Below are positions 28,680-38,399 of a stretch of DNA of 64,000 bases, piece by piece (within the stretch, counting starts at the first letter, position 1; every line of letters begins with the position of its first letter). The translations under genes were made by a program, and so were the position numbers. Origin of the DNA: Waddliaceae bacterium (GTDB taxonomy: Bacteria; Chlamydiota; Chlamydiia; Chlamydiales; SLFE01); the NCBI GenBank assembly GCA_963783885.1, contig CAWAPJ010000017.1, positions 37,791 to 101,790 on the forward strand, written 5' to 3'. The notes beneath the pieces were generated by a model. The model did not search any database. It saw nothing but the letters and a program-made list of their open reading frames with translations, and was not told the DNA's origin.

Positions 28680-29775
28680 ATGAATCAGGAAATTTCCGAA
28701 CGCATAAAAATATTGGAAGAGAAAATCAAGCACATGTGGAGGTATCTTTGACTTGGAAAGCAAGGAGGCAAAAGTCAAACAGCTCGAAGAGCTCATGGCA
28801 GGGCAAAATTTTTGGGACGATAATGAAAGAGCTCAAGAAATTATCTCCGAGAGCAATGAGCTGAAGTCTTGGACGGAACCTTACCATGAGATCAACCGCC
28901 GTTTCGGCGATGTGGAAGCCTTGCTTCCCGAAGCGTATGAAACCGAGGATGAAGACATGATCCAAGAACTCTTGAGCGAACTTGGCGTTGTGGAAAAAGC
29001 CGCTGGCGATTTGGAAATCCGGAAAATGCTTTCAGGCGAGCTTGACGCGAAGAATTGTTTTTTAAGCATCAATGCCGGAGCCGGGGGGACCGAAGCGTGC
29101 GATTGGGTGCAGATGCTGGCCAGGATGTACAGGCGCTGGGGAGAAGGGCGCCGATGGAAGGTAGAAGAAGTGGATGTGCTGCCCGGAGAAGTTGCGGGAA
29201 TTAAAAGCATTACTTTGAAGTTCTCCGGTTCGTTCGCCTATGGATATGCCAAAGCAGAAAAAGGAGTCCACCGTCTTGTCCGCATATCTCCTTTCGACTC
29301 CAACGCCAGAAGGCACACAAGTTTTGCCTCTGTCGACGTCATACCGGAAGTCACCGACGACATCGAGATAGAGCTTCGTCCCGATGACCTGAGGATCGAT
29401 ACTTTCAGGGCTTCGGGGGCAGGCGGCCAGCACGTCAACAAGACCGAATCGGCCGTCCGGGTGACCCACATACCGACGAATATCGTCGTTTCATGCCAGG
29501 CCGAAAGAAGCCAGCTGCAGAATAAAGAAACCTGTTTGAAAATGTTGAAATCTAAGTTATATGAAAAACAGGTGATGGAAAGGGAAGAAGAGCTTCGAAA
29601 GCTGTCGGGAGACAAGAAGAAAATCGAATGGGGAAGCCAGATTAGAAGTTATGTTTTTCAGCCTTACACACTTGTAAAGGACACAAGAACAAAATATGAA
29701 GAAGCAAACATCCAGCTTGTCATGGACGGCGATCTCGATCCTTTTGTCAACGCCTATTTAAAAGAGTTTGGATAA
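28680..29775 (+). CDS. prfB: Peptide chain release factor 2 with programmed +1 frameshift
   Basis: ATG 28680 MNQEISERIKILEEKIKHMWRYL then CTT-TGA-C (28746-28752) with internal SD GGAGG; +1 frame continues into the 340-aa ORF with SPF and GGQ motifs. Confidence 0.97.
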
Positions 29776-29779
29776 GCCT

Positions 29780-30301
29780 ATGAATCAAGATGAACAGCTT
29801 TTGCCCGGTTTGGAAATCCGTTATACCGCAACCGAGGATGGAAAGTTTTTGCGCGAATGGCTCCTCGATCCCGAGATTGCCCGTTGGTTTCCCATGGATA
29901 CCGAAGAAGAAGTGGACGACGCCGTTCAGCGGTGGATCGCCTTTCATAAATATAAATGCAGCTGGACAGCGGTGTATCAAGGGGTTCCCTGCGGGATAAC
30001 AACTTTGTACCTGCAGCCCTATAGAAAACTTGCCCATCAATGCGAGTTTGGGATTATTGTTGGGCCCGGCTACCGCGGCAAGGGCATTGGCGGCCATCTT
30101 TTGAAGCATTTGATGACTGCCGCCAAAGAGCATTTCAATATTGAGCTGCTCCACTTGCAGGTTTATGCAGAGAATCCCGCAATGCGCCTTTACAAACGTT
30201 TCGGTTTTCGGGAATTCGGAAGGCAGACCTGCTGGATACGCGAAGGCGATGAAAATTCAGGCGCCTATGTCGGGCGGATTTTTATGGAACGCTTTATTTG
30301 A
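29780..30301 (+). CDS. GNAT family acetyltransferase
   Basis: YRGKGIGG acetyl-CoA motif, NPAMRLYKRFGF; follows prfB as in Chlamydiae. ATG 29780 preferred to TTG 29768. Confidence 0.88.
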   Translation: MNQDEQLLPGLEIRYTATEDGKFLREWLLDPEIARWFPMDTEEEVDDAVQRWIAFHKYKCSWTAVYQGVPCGITTLYLQPYRKLAHQCEFGIIVGPGYRGKGIGGHLLKHLMTAAKEHFNIELLHLQVYAENPAMRLYKRFGFREFGRQTCWIREGDENSGAYVGRIFMERFI

Positions 30302-30966
30302 TGGAAACCCTACACGAACAGCTTCAATCCCTGTCCGGCAGGAAACTCAAAATCCGCATCAATGACAACCGCTCGACTATGCTGAGCATTCGATGGGAAA
30401 AGGATCATGCCCGCATTTCTTTGCATCGCATGTTTTTGCAGGCCCCTCTTGCCGTCACGCAGGAGCTCGCCAGATACATCAGAAACGGAAGAACCAGTTC
30501 CCTTCCCCTGGAAGTCAAAAAATTTATCGAATATCAGACACAAAAAATGGATTATTCCCATTCTGTTGACAAAAGAGAGCTGGTAACGTTGGGAGACTGT
30601 TTCGATCTGGATAAAATTTACCGACTGACGAATGAGTCCTACTTTCAGAATGAATTGAAGCTCTCGATTACTTGGTACGGGAATCCCGATCGCCGCCTCC
30701 GGTCGCAGATTAATTTCGGACTCTATTCATATCCTTTAAAATTGGTCAAGATCCACAGGCTTCTCGACAGTTTTGATATTCCCGATTATTTTGTTCAGTA
30801 TGTCGTTTACCACGAAATGCTCCATTCCGTATGTTCTCCTTTTGTTAATCGGAGAGGAATGACCATCGTCCATACCCCCGAATTCAAACAAAGAGAGAGG
30901 GAATTTAAATTTTTTAAAGATGCTCAAAACTGGATTAAATTGAATAAGTACCGTTTTTTTAACTAA
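30298..30966 (+). CDS. SprT-like zinc metallopeptidase domain protein
   Basis: VVYHEMLH (HExxH) plus HTPEFK; operonic between GNAT and yebC. Confidence 0.75.
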   Translation: MMETLHEQLQSLSGRKLKIRINDNRSTMLSIRWEKDHARISLHRMFLQAPLAVTQELARYIRNGRTSSLPLEVKKFIEYQTQKMDYSHSVDKRELVTLGDCFDLDKIYRLTNESYFQNELKLSITWYGNPDRRLRSQINFGLYSYPLKLVKIHRLLDSFDIPDYFVQYVVYHEMLHSVCSPFVNRRGMTIVHTPEFKQREREFKFFKDAQNWIKLNKYRFFN

Positions 30967-30976
30967 GGAACTAATA

Positions 30977-31708
30977 ATGGCAGGACATAGCAAATGGGCA
31001 AATATTAAACATAAAAAAGCCAGGGCGGACGCCCAGAAGGGGAAAATATTTTCCCGCGTCGCCAAGGAGATCATCAGCGCTGTCAAGCATGGGGGAGACG
31101 ACCCCAAATCCAATCCGAGGCTTCGCCTGGCGCTTCAAAAGGCAAAAGCTGCCAATGTTCCTAATGAGAATATCGAGCGCAATATTAAAAAAGCGATGAG
31201 CGCCGATCAGCAGGACTATGACGAACTGACTTATGAACTGTATGGGCATGGCGGGGTCGGCATCATGGTTGATGTGATGACCGACAACAAGAACCGCATC
31301 GCCTCGGACCTTAGGATCGCGATCAACAAACGGGGCGGCACTATTGCCGATCCCGGCTCGGTTGCCTTTAACTTCGACCGCAAGGGAGTGATCCGCATTT
31401 CCAAGGATAAAGCCGTTGAAGAGGAGCTTTTTCTGACGGCTTCCGAAGCGGGAGCGGAAGACTTCGACGACGATGGAGAGATGTTTATCATTGTGACCGA
31501 TCAGGCCGATCTTTATACAGTGAAAGATGAAGTGGAAAAACTGGGATTCGAGAGCGACGAGAGCAACCTTGAAATGATTCCCAAACATTGGGTTGACGTC
31601 GATGAGGAGACCGCCAAAGCCAATCAGGCGTTAATCGAGTGGCTCGAAGAGATCGACGATGTCGATGCCGTTTACCACAACATGAATTTACCTGATAGCA
31701 TGGTTTGA
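30977..31708 (+). CDS. yebC: YebC/PmpR family protein
   Basis: MAGHSKWANIKHKK, NPRLRLA, YELYG..GV, TDNKNR and DDVDAVYHN motifs. Confidence 0.96.
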   Translation: MAGHSKWANIKHKKARADAQKGKIFSRVAKEIISAVKHGGDDPKSNPRLRLALQKAKAANVPNENIERNIKKAMSADQQDYDELTYELYGHGGVGIMVDVMTDNKNRIASDLRIAINKRGGTIADPGSVAFNFDRKGVIRISKDKAVEEELFLTASEAGAEDFDDDGEMFIIVTDQADLYTVKDEVEKLGFESDESNLEMIPKHWVDVDEETAKANQALIEWLEEIDDVDAVYHNMNLPDSMV

Positions 31709-32464
31709 TGCGTATTGATTAAACTTGGGATCTTTTTTTGCTCGGGTGAGGATGGCAGTTCTAACGCGGATATCATTCTTATTGCAAGGCCTGCAGGTTT
31801 CCATTTTATTCACTGTTTCGAATGGAAGATGGTAGGTTATTGCCCGCGCATAAAGCTTGGTGATTTTTTCCTGATCTTCCAATTGAGGCAGGACATAAGG
31901 TATCCAAGTTTCAAAAAGTGAGATCTCTTTTTGGGAATTCGAACTTAAAGCAATCCCCATCATGTTTTTTAGCCCCTTATCAACGGCCTTTGGGGAAGGG
32001 TTGAGTGCAAGTTTTTTCGTTAATAGAATAATTTCTAATGGGGCGTCAAAAAAATTATCTAAGCCTTCAGACTTTGCGTGCCTGAGATAATTGACAATGA
32101 TATTCGGGTAGCGCGAATCGGGACCACAAGCTTTAATTAACGAGGTGCACTGTTCGACTTCTAGGGGTTTGGAAGGAGTTCTCTTATTGCTCATAAGGCT
32201 TTTTGCCTTACCTATTATTTTTTTAACTCTTGATGGTTTAATGGTTTTTGTTTTGAAAGGGGCAATCGGTTGGTTGAAACGATCCCGTTGTTCTTTGCTA
32301 ATACCTAGCCTGTCGGCAAAAATCTTCCATATGCCGCTTTTTGTATCAAAGACAATATTTTCATTTTCCTTGGATGTTGAGGCAAAGTTCACACAATCTG
32401 ATATGGATAGCGATGAAAGAATTTGAAATTGTAGTTCAGCAGGAAGAGAATTAAGAACATTCAT
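31688..32464 (-). CDS. F-box domain protein (putative effector)
   Basis: N-terminal LNSLPAELQFQILSSLSISDCVNFASTSK...IW fits the F-box consensus (L..LP.E+...I+..L...D+......V.K.W); AT-rich gene. Confidence 0.7.
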   Translation of the reverse strand: MNVLNSLPAELQFQILSSLSISDCVNFASTSKENENIVFDTKSGIWKIFADRLGISKEQRDRFNQPIAPFKTKTIKPSRVKKIIGKAKSLMSNKRTPSKPLEVEQCTSLIKACGPDSRYPNIIVNYLRHAKSEGLDNFFDAPLEIILLTKKLALNPSPKAVDKGLKNMMGIALSSNSQKEISLFETWIPYVLPQLEDQEKITKLYARAITYHLPFETVNKMETCRPCNKNDIRVRTAILTRAKKDPKFNQYASNHAIR

Positions 32465-32572
32465 TACTATTCCTTTGTGTAAAATAGTTTATAAAAGAGA
32501 ATACAAAAATTTATAGTAAAATTCAATTTAAATTAATTTTTTAAAATTAGCTTTTCTTGATGAATACGCTAA

Positions 32573-32613
32573 GACCCTGATTGCTACCTAAACCTCAGCT
32601 AGCAATTAGGGTC
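32573..32613. mobile_element. 41-bp hairpin mini-element flanked by TAA direct repeats
   Basis: GACCCTGATTGCTA / TAGCAATTAGGGTC inverted repeat (13/14); TAA at 32570-32572 and 32614-32616; its first 21 nt recur inverted at 41226-41246. Confidence 0.55.
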
Positions 32614-32659
32614 TAAGAATTAGTAGATTATGACTTGAGCAAACGATTAAAAAAACGCA

Positions 32660-33451
32660 TTAAAAATCAGTGCCTGCCATCAGGCGGAAGCCAAAGATGT
32701 GAAATCGCGTGTCGAAGAAGCTGTAATCCGCATGAGCGCAGTAGCCGTAGTGCCTAAGGCGATAAAAAGGAGTGAGTTCCGTAATGAGTTTCCAGTCTCC
32801 ACACCAGCAGTGGTAGCGGATGGGGAAATCAAACGAATATTGATACTCGTCCCCCATTCTAATTGACGTGTCGGGTTTGTTCGGATCGTTTCTAATCTTC
32901 CTGATTCCCTCGAACATCAGTTTGAGCTTGTAGTCGAATCCTACTGAAAATGAATGGGAGAGCATGTATCTCAGTTTAAATCCGAATGAAAGAAATTCAA
33001 ATTCATTTTCGAAGGTGACAGGAAGGGGGAATGGTGGACGGAAATTGTTGAAGCTGAAGAATTTTCCATATCCAAAATAAGGTGTGAAAAGCAATGGTTT
33101 GCAGTACTTTGAAAATGTGGTGTAGCCGACGCGCCCTTCCACCTGCGCGTCGGTCAGGCAGGAATCCATCGGCTTGCGCAGGCTGTCTTCTCCTCTTAAG
33201 AAGCCGGTAGCGCCGTATCCTTCCAAGCCGAGATAGATGGAACAGGGTTTGAGCCGCTCCAGGCGGATTCTGCCTCCCGCCAGCGCTCCGCGCCCTCTTC
33301 CTCCTTCTTCCACAATTCTTTCGACATGATAGACTTCGGGACCGATCAGAAGTTCATAGGGCCCCTTGAGCAGGTTTTTTGCCCGCCCGGCCGAAAGCGG
33401 GAGGGCAAAAAGAAAAGCGAGTATTAGGTATGTGCAAAATTTAGGGTTCAT
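32660..33451 (-). CDS. Putative outer-membrane beta-barrel protein
   Basis: Signal peptide from ATG 33451 (MNPKFCTYLILAFLFALPLSA), alternating aromatic beta-strand pattern, C-terminal FRLMAGTDF ending in Phe. Confidence 0.7.
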   Translation of the reverse strand: MNPKFCTYLILAFLFALPLSAGRAKNLLKGPYELLIGPEVYHVERIVEEGGRGRGALAGGRIRLERLKPCSIYLGLEGYGATGFLRGEDSLRKPMDSCLTDAQVEGRVGYTTFSKYCKPLLFTPYFGYGKFFSFNNFRPPFPLPVTFENEFEFLSFGFKLRYMLSHSFSVGFDYKLKLMFEGIRKIRNDPNKPDTSIRMGDEYQYSFDFPIRYHCWCGDWKLITELTPFYRLRHYGYCAHADYSFFDTRFHIFGFRLMAGTDF

Positions 33452-33472
33452 ACAAGTTTTAAGTAATGTGCT

Positions 33473-33501
33473 AATATAGAACTTTGACAGGCGCTTGTCA
33501 A
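33473..33501 (-). promoter_or_regulatory. Sigma66 promoter of the OMP gene overlapped by an 18-bp palindrome
   Basis: Minus strand TTGACA-17 nt-TATATT; TTGACA-GGCGCT-TGTCAA dyad at 33484-33501. Confidence 0.65.
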
Positions 33502-33547
33502 GAACTAGCGCTTCATCAACTTTGTTTTGGAAAAAATGGAGGTTAAT

Positions 33548-34234
33548 ATGAAAGTTGTGTCGATTTTTGTAACAGGGGCATGTTGTTTTGTCTCGCAAAC
33601 TTTTGCGCTGGAAATGATTGTTAAAACTCCGTCAGATAAAGTTTTGCTTATCGACGCGGCCTCGTCGGATACTATTGAAAATATCGAGGATTTTATCGAT
33701 CATTATGAGCAGTGTCCTGAGGAATTGAGAAAAGAGGTTTTTGGCAAAGCCGTTACCGAGATAGACGAAGTCTTTCCGGAATCGGGGCCAGTGCGTAATT
33801 ATCTTACACCTTTGACGCAGAAGGAAAAGGAAGATATCGCTTACATTGTCAACACCTTGTCCGATCAGCCGACGCCGAAGCTGTTGTTTTACAAATCCTC
33901 TCTCAATCAGGCGGGTGATCGGATCAACCATGTGCACCCGCTGAATTTTATGCTGGTGATTTTCACCGATGATCTTTTGAAAGTAAAAGTACGCAATATC
34001 AAAAGAAAAGGGTGGGTCTGGAAGGATTTCATGGCGGGGATTCGCAATAGCATGATTGAAGAAAATGCGAAAAACAACATAAAGCCGGAGTTCTTTTTCG
34101 ATTTTGCTTCAAAAATTGGTATTGATTATAGCAAAATTGAAACCCCGATTGCCAAAGCGAATTGGGACGAGCTGGTGAATGTCCTGATGAAGCATGCCGA
34201 AAGCCAGGGCGACAACGACCGGTATAAAATGTAG
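33548..34234 (+). CDS. Exported hypothetical protein
   Basis: GGAGG RBS before ATG 33548; signal peptide ending SQTFA; helical domain with HVHPLNF. Confidence 0.7.
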   Translation: MKVVSIFVTGACCFVSQTFALEMIVKTPSDKVLLIDAASSDTIENIEDFIDHYEQCPEELRKEVFGKAVTEIDEVFPESGPVRNYLTPLTQKEKEDIAYIVNTLSDQPTPKLLFYKSSLNQAGDRINHVHPLNFMLVIFTDDLLKVKVRNIKRKGWVWKDFMAGIRNSMIEENAKNNIKPEFFFDFASKIGIDYSKIETPIAKANWDELVNVLMKHAESQGDNDRYKM

Positions 34235-34267
34235 AGGAAATTGCTTTAGCTAAGGCAATTCCCTCTG
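34233..34267 (+). terminator. Stem-loop after the 33548-34234 gene
   Basis: AGAGGAAATTGCTTT-AGCT-AAGGCAATTCCCTCT imperfect hairpin; no clear U-tract. Confidence 0.45.
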
Positions 34268-34325
34268 TAATCAGTGGATTTCAACTCCCTTTTGTGGTAT
34301 ATTTTATCGGCAATATGAGGGCAAA

Positions 34326-35519
34326 ATGACAAGAGGAGGAACAGTTGGCAAGGGGGCGCTTCTCGTCGCCGGGACAACCATTGGCGGGGGCATGCTGGCC
34401 ATGCCCATCACCTCCAGCCTTGCCGGGTTTATCCCGGCTACTCTGGTTTTTATCATTTCCTGGGCGTTTATGGCCTCTACCGGTCTGCTGTTTTTAGAGG
34501 TTTGCCTTTGGATGCATGAAGATACCAATTTTGTGTCCATGGCCAAGAAAACTCTAGGTATTTGGGGCGAAGCCGCCGCCTGGATTATGTACTTGTTTCT
34601 ATTTTATGTCCTCAGCCTTGCTTATGTGGTTGGGTGCGGACAATTGACCTGGTCTCTGTTCGAGTCTACAATTCCTCAGTGGTCCGGCCCGGTAATTTTT
34701 GTGGCACTGTTCGGCCCTTTGGTTTACGTTGGCGCGCGGCTTGTGGGGCGTTTTAATATCTTCCTTATGACCGGTCTTGCCATCTCTTATATCGCATTTG
34801 TCTATATGGGATACAACTATGTCGATCTAGATAATCTGACGGATGAAAACTGGGCGCTGACTTTAAAAATCCTGCCGGTCGCTTTTACCTCATTCGGCTT
34901 TCAGGGCATTGTCCCGACATTGACGCGATATCTGGATTTTGACAGGGTGAAAGTCCGCAATGCCATCTTACTCGGCAGCTTTATTCCTCTTGCTGTTTTT
35001 ATTATCTGGCATTGGCTGATTATGGGCATTATTCCCCGGGAGGGGCCGGGAGGTTTGCTTGAAGCTTTGTCGCGAGGAGACACGGCTGTACAGCCTCTTA
35101 GGGATCTGCTCGACAGTCCGACTGTCTATGTTATTAGCAAGTTTTTTGCTTTTTTTGCGTTGTCCACGTCCTTTTTGGGCGTCACTTTGGGACTTAGGGA
35201 TTTTTTAGCCGACGGAATCGGCATTGAAAAGGATGCCAAAGGGCGTTTTTTCCTTTGCAGCCTGATCTTTATACCTGTAGTTGCAGCAGCTATTTTTTAT
35301 CCCGGAATTTTTGTTGAGTCCATTGGGATTGCAGGGGGGTACGGCTGTTCTCTATTGCTGGGCCTATTGCCTATTTTGATGGTCTGGTCGGGAAGGTATC
35401 GGCTGCGGCTACCTGAAAAGCGGATATTATTTGGGGGAAAGCCGCTTCTTATCGTCATGATTATTTTCGTGATTCTTCAACTTGTCGTTGTCACTCTACA
35501 TATCAGCGGCATTTATTAG
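34326..35519 (+). CDS. tyrP: Aromatic amino acid permease (TyrP/Mtr family)
   Basis: GALLVAGTTIGGGMLAMP, FTSFGFQGIVPTL and TSFLGVTLGL motifs; about 11 TM helices; near ftsY as in Chlamydiae. Confidence 0.9.
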   Translation: MTRGGTVGKGALLVAGTTIGGGMLAMPITSSLAGFIPATLVFIISWAFMASTGLLFLEVCLWMHEDTNFVSMAKKTLGIWGEAAAWIMYLFLFYVLSLAYVVGCGQLTWSLFESTIPQWSGPVIFVALFGPLVYVGARLVGRFNIFLMTGLAISYIAFVYMGYNYVDLDNLTDENWALTLKILPVAFTSFGFQGIVPTLTRYLDFDRVKVRNAILLGSFIPLAVFIIWHWLIMGIIPREGPGGLLEALSRGDTAVQPLRDLLDSPTVYVISKFFAFFALSTSFLGVTLGLRDFLADGIGIEKDAKGRFFLCSLIFIPVVAAAIFYPGIFVESIGIAGGYGCSLLLGLLPILMVWSGRYRLRLPEKRILFGGKPLLIVMIIFVILQLVVVTLHISGIY

Positions 35520-35520
35520 A

Positions 35521-35548
35521 AAAACGCCCCTCCTTATGAGGGGCGTGG
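35521..35548. terminator. Terminator hairpin between convergent genes
   Basis: AAAACGCCCCTC-CTTAT-GAGGGGCGT. Confidence 0.7.
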
Positions 35549-35593
35549 AATTTTACCCTTTAGGGCAATAGTCGCTAGGCGGTAATCTTACTA

Positions 35594-35863
35594 TTAGTAA
35601 CGCCAGTAATAATTGTAAGGAGAGTAATATCTTGGTCCATAATAATGATAGCGATAGCCGGGAGAATAATAACGGTACCCTCCGTAATATCCTCTTCCGC
35701 CCCATCCCCATCCGGGAGAGACTCTAACAGCAAAAGCTACATCTTGTTTCGAATATTTGGGTTGTGAAGTGGCGTGTAATTGACTGCCTATGGCCGGTGC
35801 TCCTAGGATCACCGCCATAAATACAGCAATTCCAAAGATAAAGGACTTTTTCAGAATATTCAT
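35594..35863 (-). CDS. Small secreted Gly/Tyr-rich protein
   Basis: AAGGAG RBS, signal peptide, C-terminal GWGWGGRGYYGGYRYYSPGYRYHYYGPRYYSPYNYYWRY. Confidence 0.7.
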   Translation of the reverse strand: MNILKKSFIFGIAVFMAVILGAPAIGSQLHATSQPKYSKQDVAFAVRVSPGWGWGGRGYYGGYRYYSPGYRYHYYGPRYYSPYNYYWRY

Positions 35864-35944
35864 AATTAACTCCTTTATTTACATTCCTCTTCTCATTAAC
35901 AACCGCAAATTTATTTTGACGGTTGGTAAAAATTTAAGTTCCTA

Positions 35945-36114
35945 AGATTGAGTAACCAATGATTTTTCTGCACTTTTTGTAGGGATAAAGTTGAGTGACG
36001 AGCCGGCCAGCCGTTTCCTCTCCATCATAAGCTAGTCTGTTAGCTTACAACTTATCCCTGCTCCTACACCAAATCGGCTTGAATTGCAGTAGGGATCAAT
36101 GGTTACTCTAAATC
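35945..36114 (+). ncRNA. Candidate structured ncRNA (long rod with central bubble, 6S-like dimensions)
   Basis: GAGTAACCAATGATTTTTCTGCA pairs with TGCAGTAGGGATCAATGGTTACTC, and GTAGGGATAAAGTTG with CAACTTATCCCTGC, using several G-U pairs on the + strand; about 170 nt, intergenic. Confidence 0.35.
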
Positions 36115-36143
36115 GTAAATAATTAATACTAACAACTACTATA

Positions 36144-36172
36144 ATTATAAAATTAATTATTACTAACGTCAA
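36144..36172 (-). promoter_or_regulatory. Near-consensus sigma66 promoter
   Basis: Minus strand TTGACG-17 nt-TATAAT pointing toward the hairpin element and the 35594-35863 gene. Confidence 0.7.
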
Positions 36173-36235
36173 CTTAATATTAACATTTTTTATTAGTTTA
36201 AATTATGCCTGAAGAGTAAGCAAAAAGCGTGCCAC

Positions 36236-37165
36236 TCAAGCAAAGAGAGCGTCTACAAATGTCTGAGGGTCAAAGGGCAAGAGATCATCAACCCCTTCAC
36301 CTACACCGACAAAACGGAGCGGTATATTGAGTTGCTCATGGATGTTAAAGACGATGCCTCCCTTGGCAGAGCCGTCTAATTTTGTCAGAATCAGGCCTGT
36401 CAGGGGGGTAAACTCGTTGAATATCTTGGCCTGATCGATGGCGTTTTGCCCTGTCGTCGCGTCCAGAACGAGCCAGATTTCATGGGGGCTTCCTTCAATA
36501 ACCTTGCCGGAGGTGCGCTTAATTTTCTCAAGCTCCTGCATAAGCGGCTTTTTTGTATGGAGGCGGCCGGCTGTGTCGATGATGATCACATCGGAGCGGC
36601 GGGCTTTTGCCGCTGTGAGAGCGTCGAAGGCGACTGAGGCGGGGTCGCTTTTGGGCATTCCCTTAACAACCTGAACCCCAACGCGGGAGGCCCAGGTTTC
36701 AAGCTGCTCAATTCCGGCTGCCCGGTAGGTATCGGAGGCGGCGACGAGAACGTTTTTACCTTCATCTTTAAGAAGTTTGGCCATTTTGGCGACGGATGTG
36801 GTCTTGCCGTTGCCGTTGACTCCGACAATCAGAATGACCTGCGGCTCGCCGGCTTGAGGCTTGTTGAAAGGGATTTTTTCGGAAGACGTCAAAATCTGAA
36901 GCAGCTCCCGCTTGAGGGCGTCGATCATATCGTCGCCGGACATCTTGGGATTTTTTCGATAGAGATCCTGAAGGGATCCAGTTAGTTTCTGAGCCGTCTT
37001 AACACCAAGGTCGGCCTCATACAGAATCTGCTCGAGCTCGTCTAGCGTTTCGGGATCGATCTTTTTTTGGAAAAGATTTTTAATTTTTTGCGTCAGCCTG
37101 GAACTGGTGCGCGACAAGGCACTTTTGACTTTTTCGTACCCGGATTTAAAAAATTTAAAAACCAT
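36236..37165 (-). CDS. ftsY: Signal recognition particle receptor FtsY
   Basis: GVNGNGKTTS, DTYRAA, DTAGRLH, DATTGQN and TKLDGSAKGG motifs. Confidence 0.97.
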   Translation of the reverse strand: MVFKFFKSGYEKVKSALSRTSSRLTQKIKNLFQKKIDPETLDELEQILYEADLGVKTAQKLTGSLQDLYRKNPKMSGDDMIDALKRELLQILTSSEKIPFNKPQAGEPQVILIVGVNGNGKTTSVAKMAKLLKDEGKNVLVAASDTYRAAGIEQLETWASRVGVQVVKGMPKSDPASVAFDALTAAKARRSDVIIIDTAGRLHTKKPLMQELEKIKRTSGKVIEGSPHEIWLVLDATTGQNAIDQAKIFNEFTPLTGLILTKLDGSAKGGIVFNIHEQLNIPLRFVGVGEGVDDLLPFDPQTFVDALFA

Positions 37166-37232
37166 GCTGGATTTGACCCCGTCTTTTTGGTAAAAGTATA
37201 TCAGGGCGTTTATAAAAAATAAAGGTTGTCTT

Positions 37233-38399
37233 ATGCATCTTCATGAATACCAGGCCAAAGAATATCTGAGACAGTTCGGAGTTCCCGTTCCCGAATTCTA
37301 TGTCATAGCAAGTAGTGAAGAGGCGGAAAAGATCGTCGAGGAAAAAGGCATCGACTCGGGGGTTGTCAAAGTTCAGGTTCACGCCGGAGGGAGGGGAAAG
37401 GCCGGGGGAGTGAAAATCTGCCGTTCCCAGGAAGAGGTGCTTTCTGCCGTCTCCGATCTTTTAGGGATGAAAATCGTGACCAAACAAACAGGCCCGGAAG
37501 GGATGGTCTCTAGCAAAGTGCTGATTGATTCGATGGTTGCTATCGATAAGGAATATTATGTCGGAGCTATCATAGATCGAAAAGCGGCAAGGCCGATGCT
37601 TATCGCCTCGCCTGAAGGGGGCATGGAAATTGAGGAGATCGCTGAAAAGTTTCCCGATAAAATTGCCAAAATCCCGATTCAACTGGATGGATCGGTCCGC
37701 TCTTATCATTTGATACAGCTGGCTAAAGTTATGGGATGGAAGATCGGTCCGAAAGAAGAGGGAATCAGGCTGGTGAAAGCTCTTGCGAAAGCTTTTGTCT
37801 CTTCGGATGCGTCTCTTTTGGAAATCAACCCACTGGTGAAAACCAAAGAAGGCGGATTTTTTGCTATCGACACCAAAATGTCTATCGATGACAATGCCTT
37901 GTTCCGGCAGCGAAAATTGGCAGAATGTTATGATCCTACGCAGCAGCCTCCCAGCGAAGTTCGCGCCCGCGAGCATGACCTGGCTTATGTCGCTATGGAA
38001 GGAAATATTGGATGCATGGTCAATGGAGCCGGACTTGCCATGTCCACAATGGACATTATCCATCACTTTGGCGGGGAGCCGGCGAACTTTCTGGATGTCG
38101 GCGGCGGGGCGAATGTAGAAAAGGTGGCAGAAGGATTCAGGTTGATACTTTCTGATCCTAAAGTGAAAGGTATTTTAGTGAACATTTTCGGGGGAATCAT
38201 GAATTGCGCCACTATCGCCGAGGGAGTCATCACTGCGGCGGGGAAGCAGAAAATGAAAGTTCCGCTTGTGGTACGCCTTGAGGGAACCAATGTTGAAGAG
38301 GGGAGAAAAATGCTGGCCGATTCAGGGCTTGAAATTATCGTTGCGAATAGCCTGACGGACGCGGCAAAAAAAATCGTCGAGGAAGCAGGAGGTAAGTGA
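37233..38399 (+). CDS. sucC: Succinyl-CoA ligase beta subunit
   Basis: [31 protein letters not shown] and NIFGGI motifs. Confidence 0.97.
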   Translation: MHLHEYQAKEYLRQFGVPVPEFYVIASSEEAEKIVEEKGIDSGVVKVQVHAGGRGKAGGVKICRSQEEVLSAVSDLLGMKIVTKQTGPEGMVSSKVLIDSMVAIDKEYYVGAIIDRKAARPMLIASPEGGMEIEEIAEKFPDKIAKIPIQLDGSVRSYHLIQLAKVMGWKIGPKEEGIRLVKALAKAFVSSDASLLEINPLVKTKEGGFFAIDTKMSIDDNALFRQRKLAECYDPTQQPPSEVRAREHDLAYVAMEGNIGCMVNGAGLAMSTMDIIHHFGGEPANFLDVGGGANVEKVAEGFRLILSDPKVKGILVNIFGGIMNCATIAEGVITAAGKQKMKVPLVVRLEGTNVEEGRKMLADSGLEIIVANSLTDAAKKIVEEAGGK

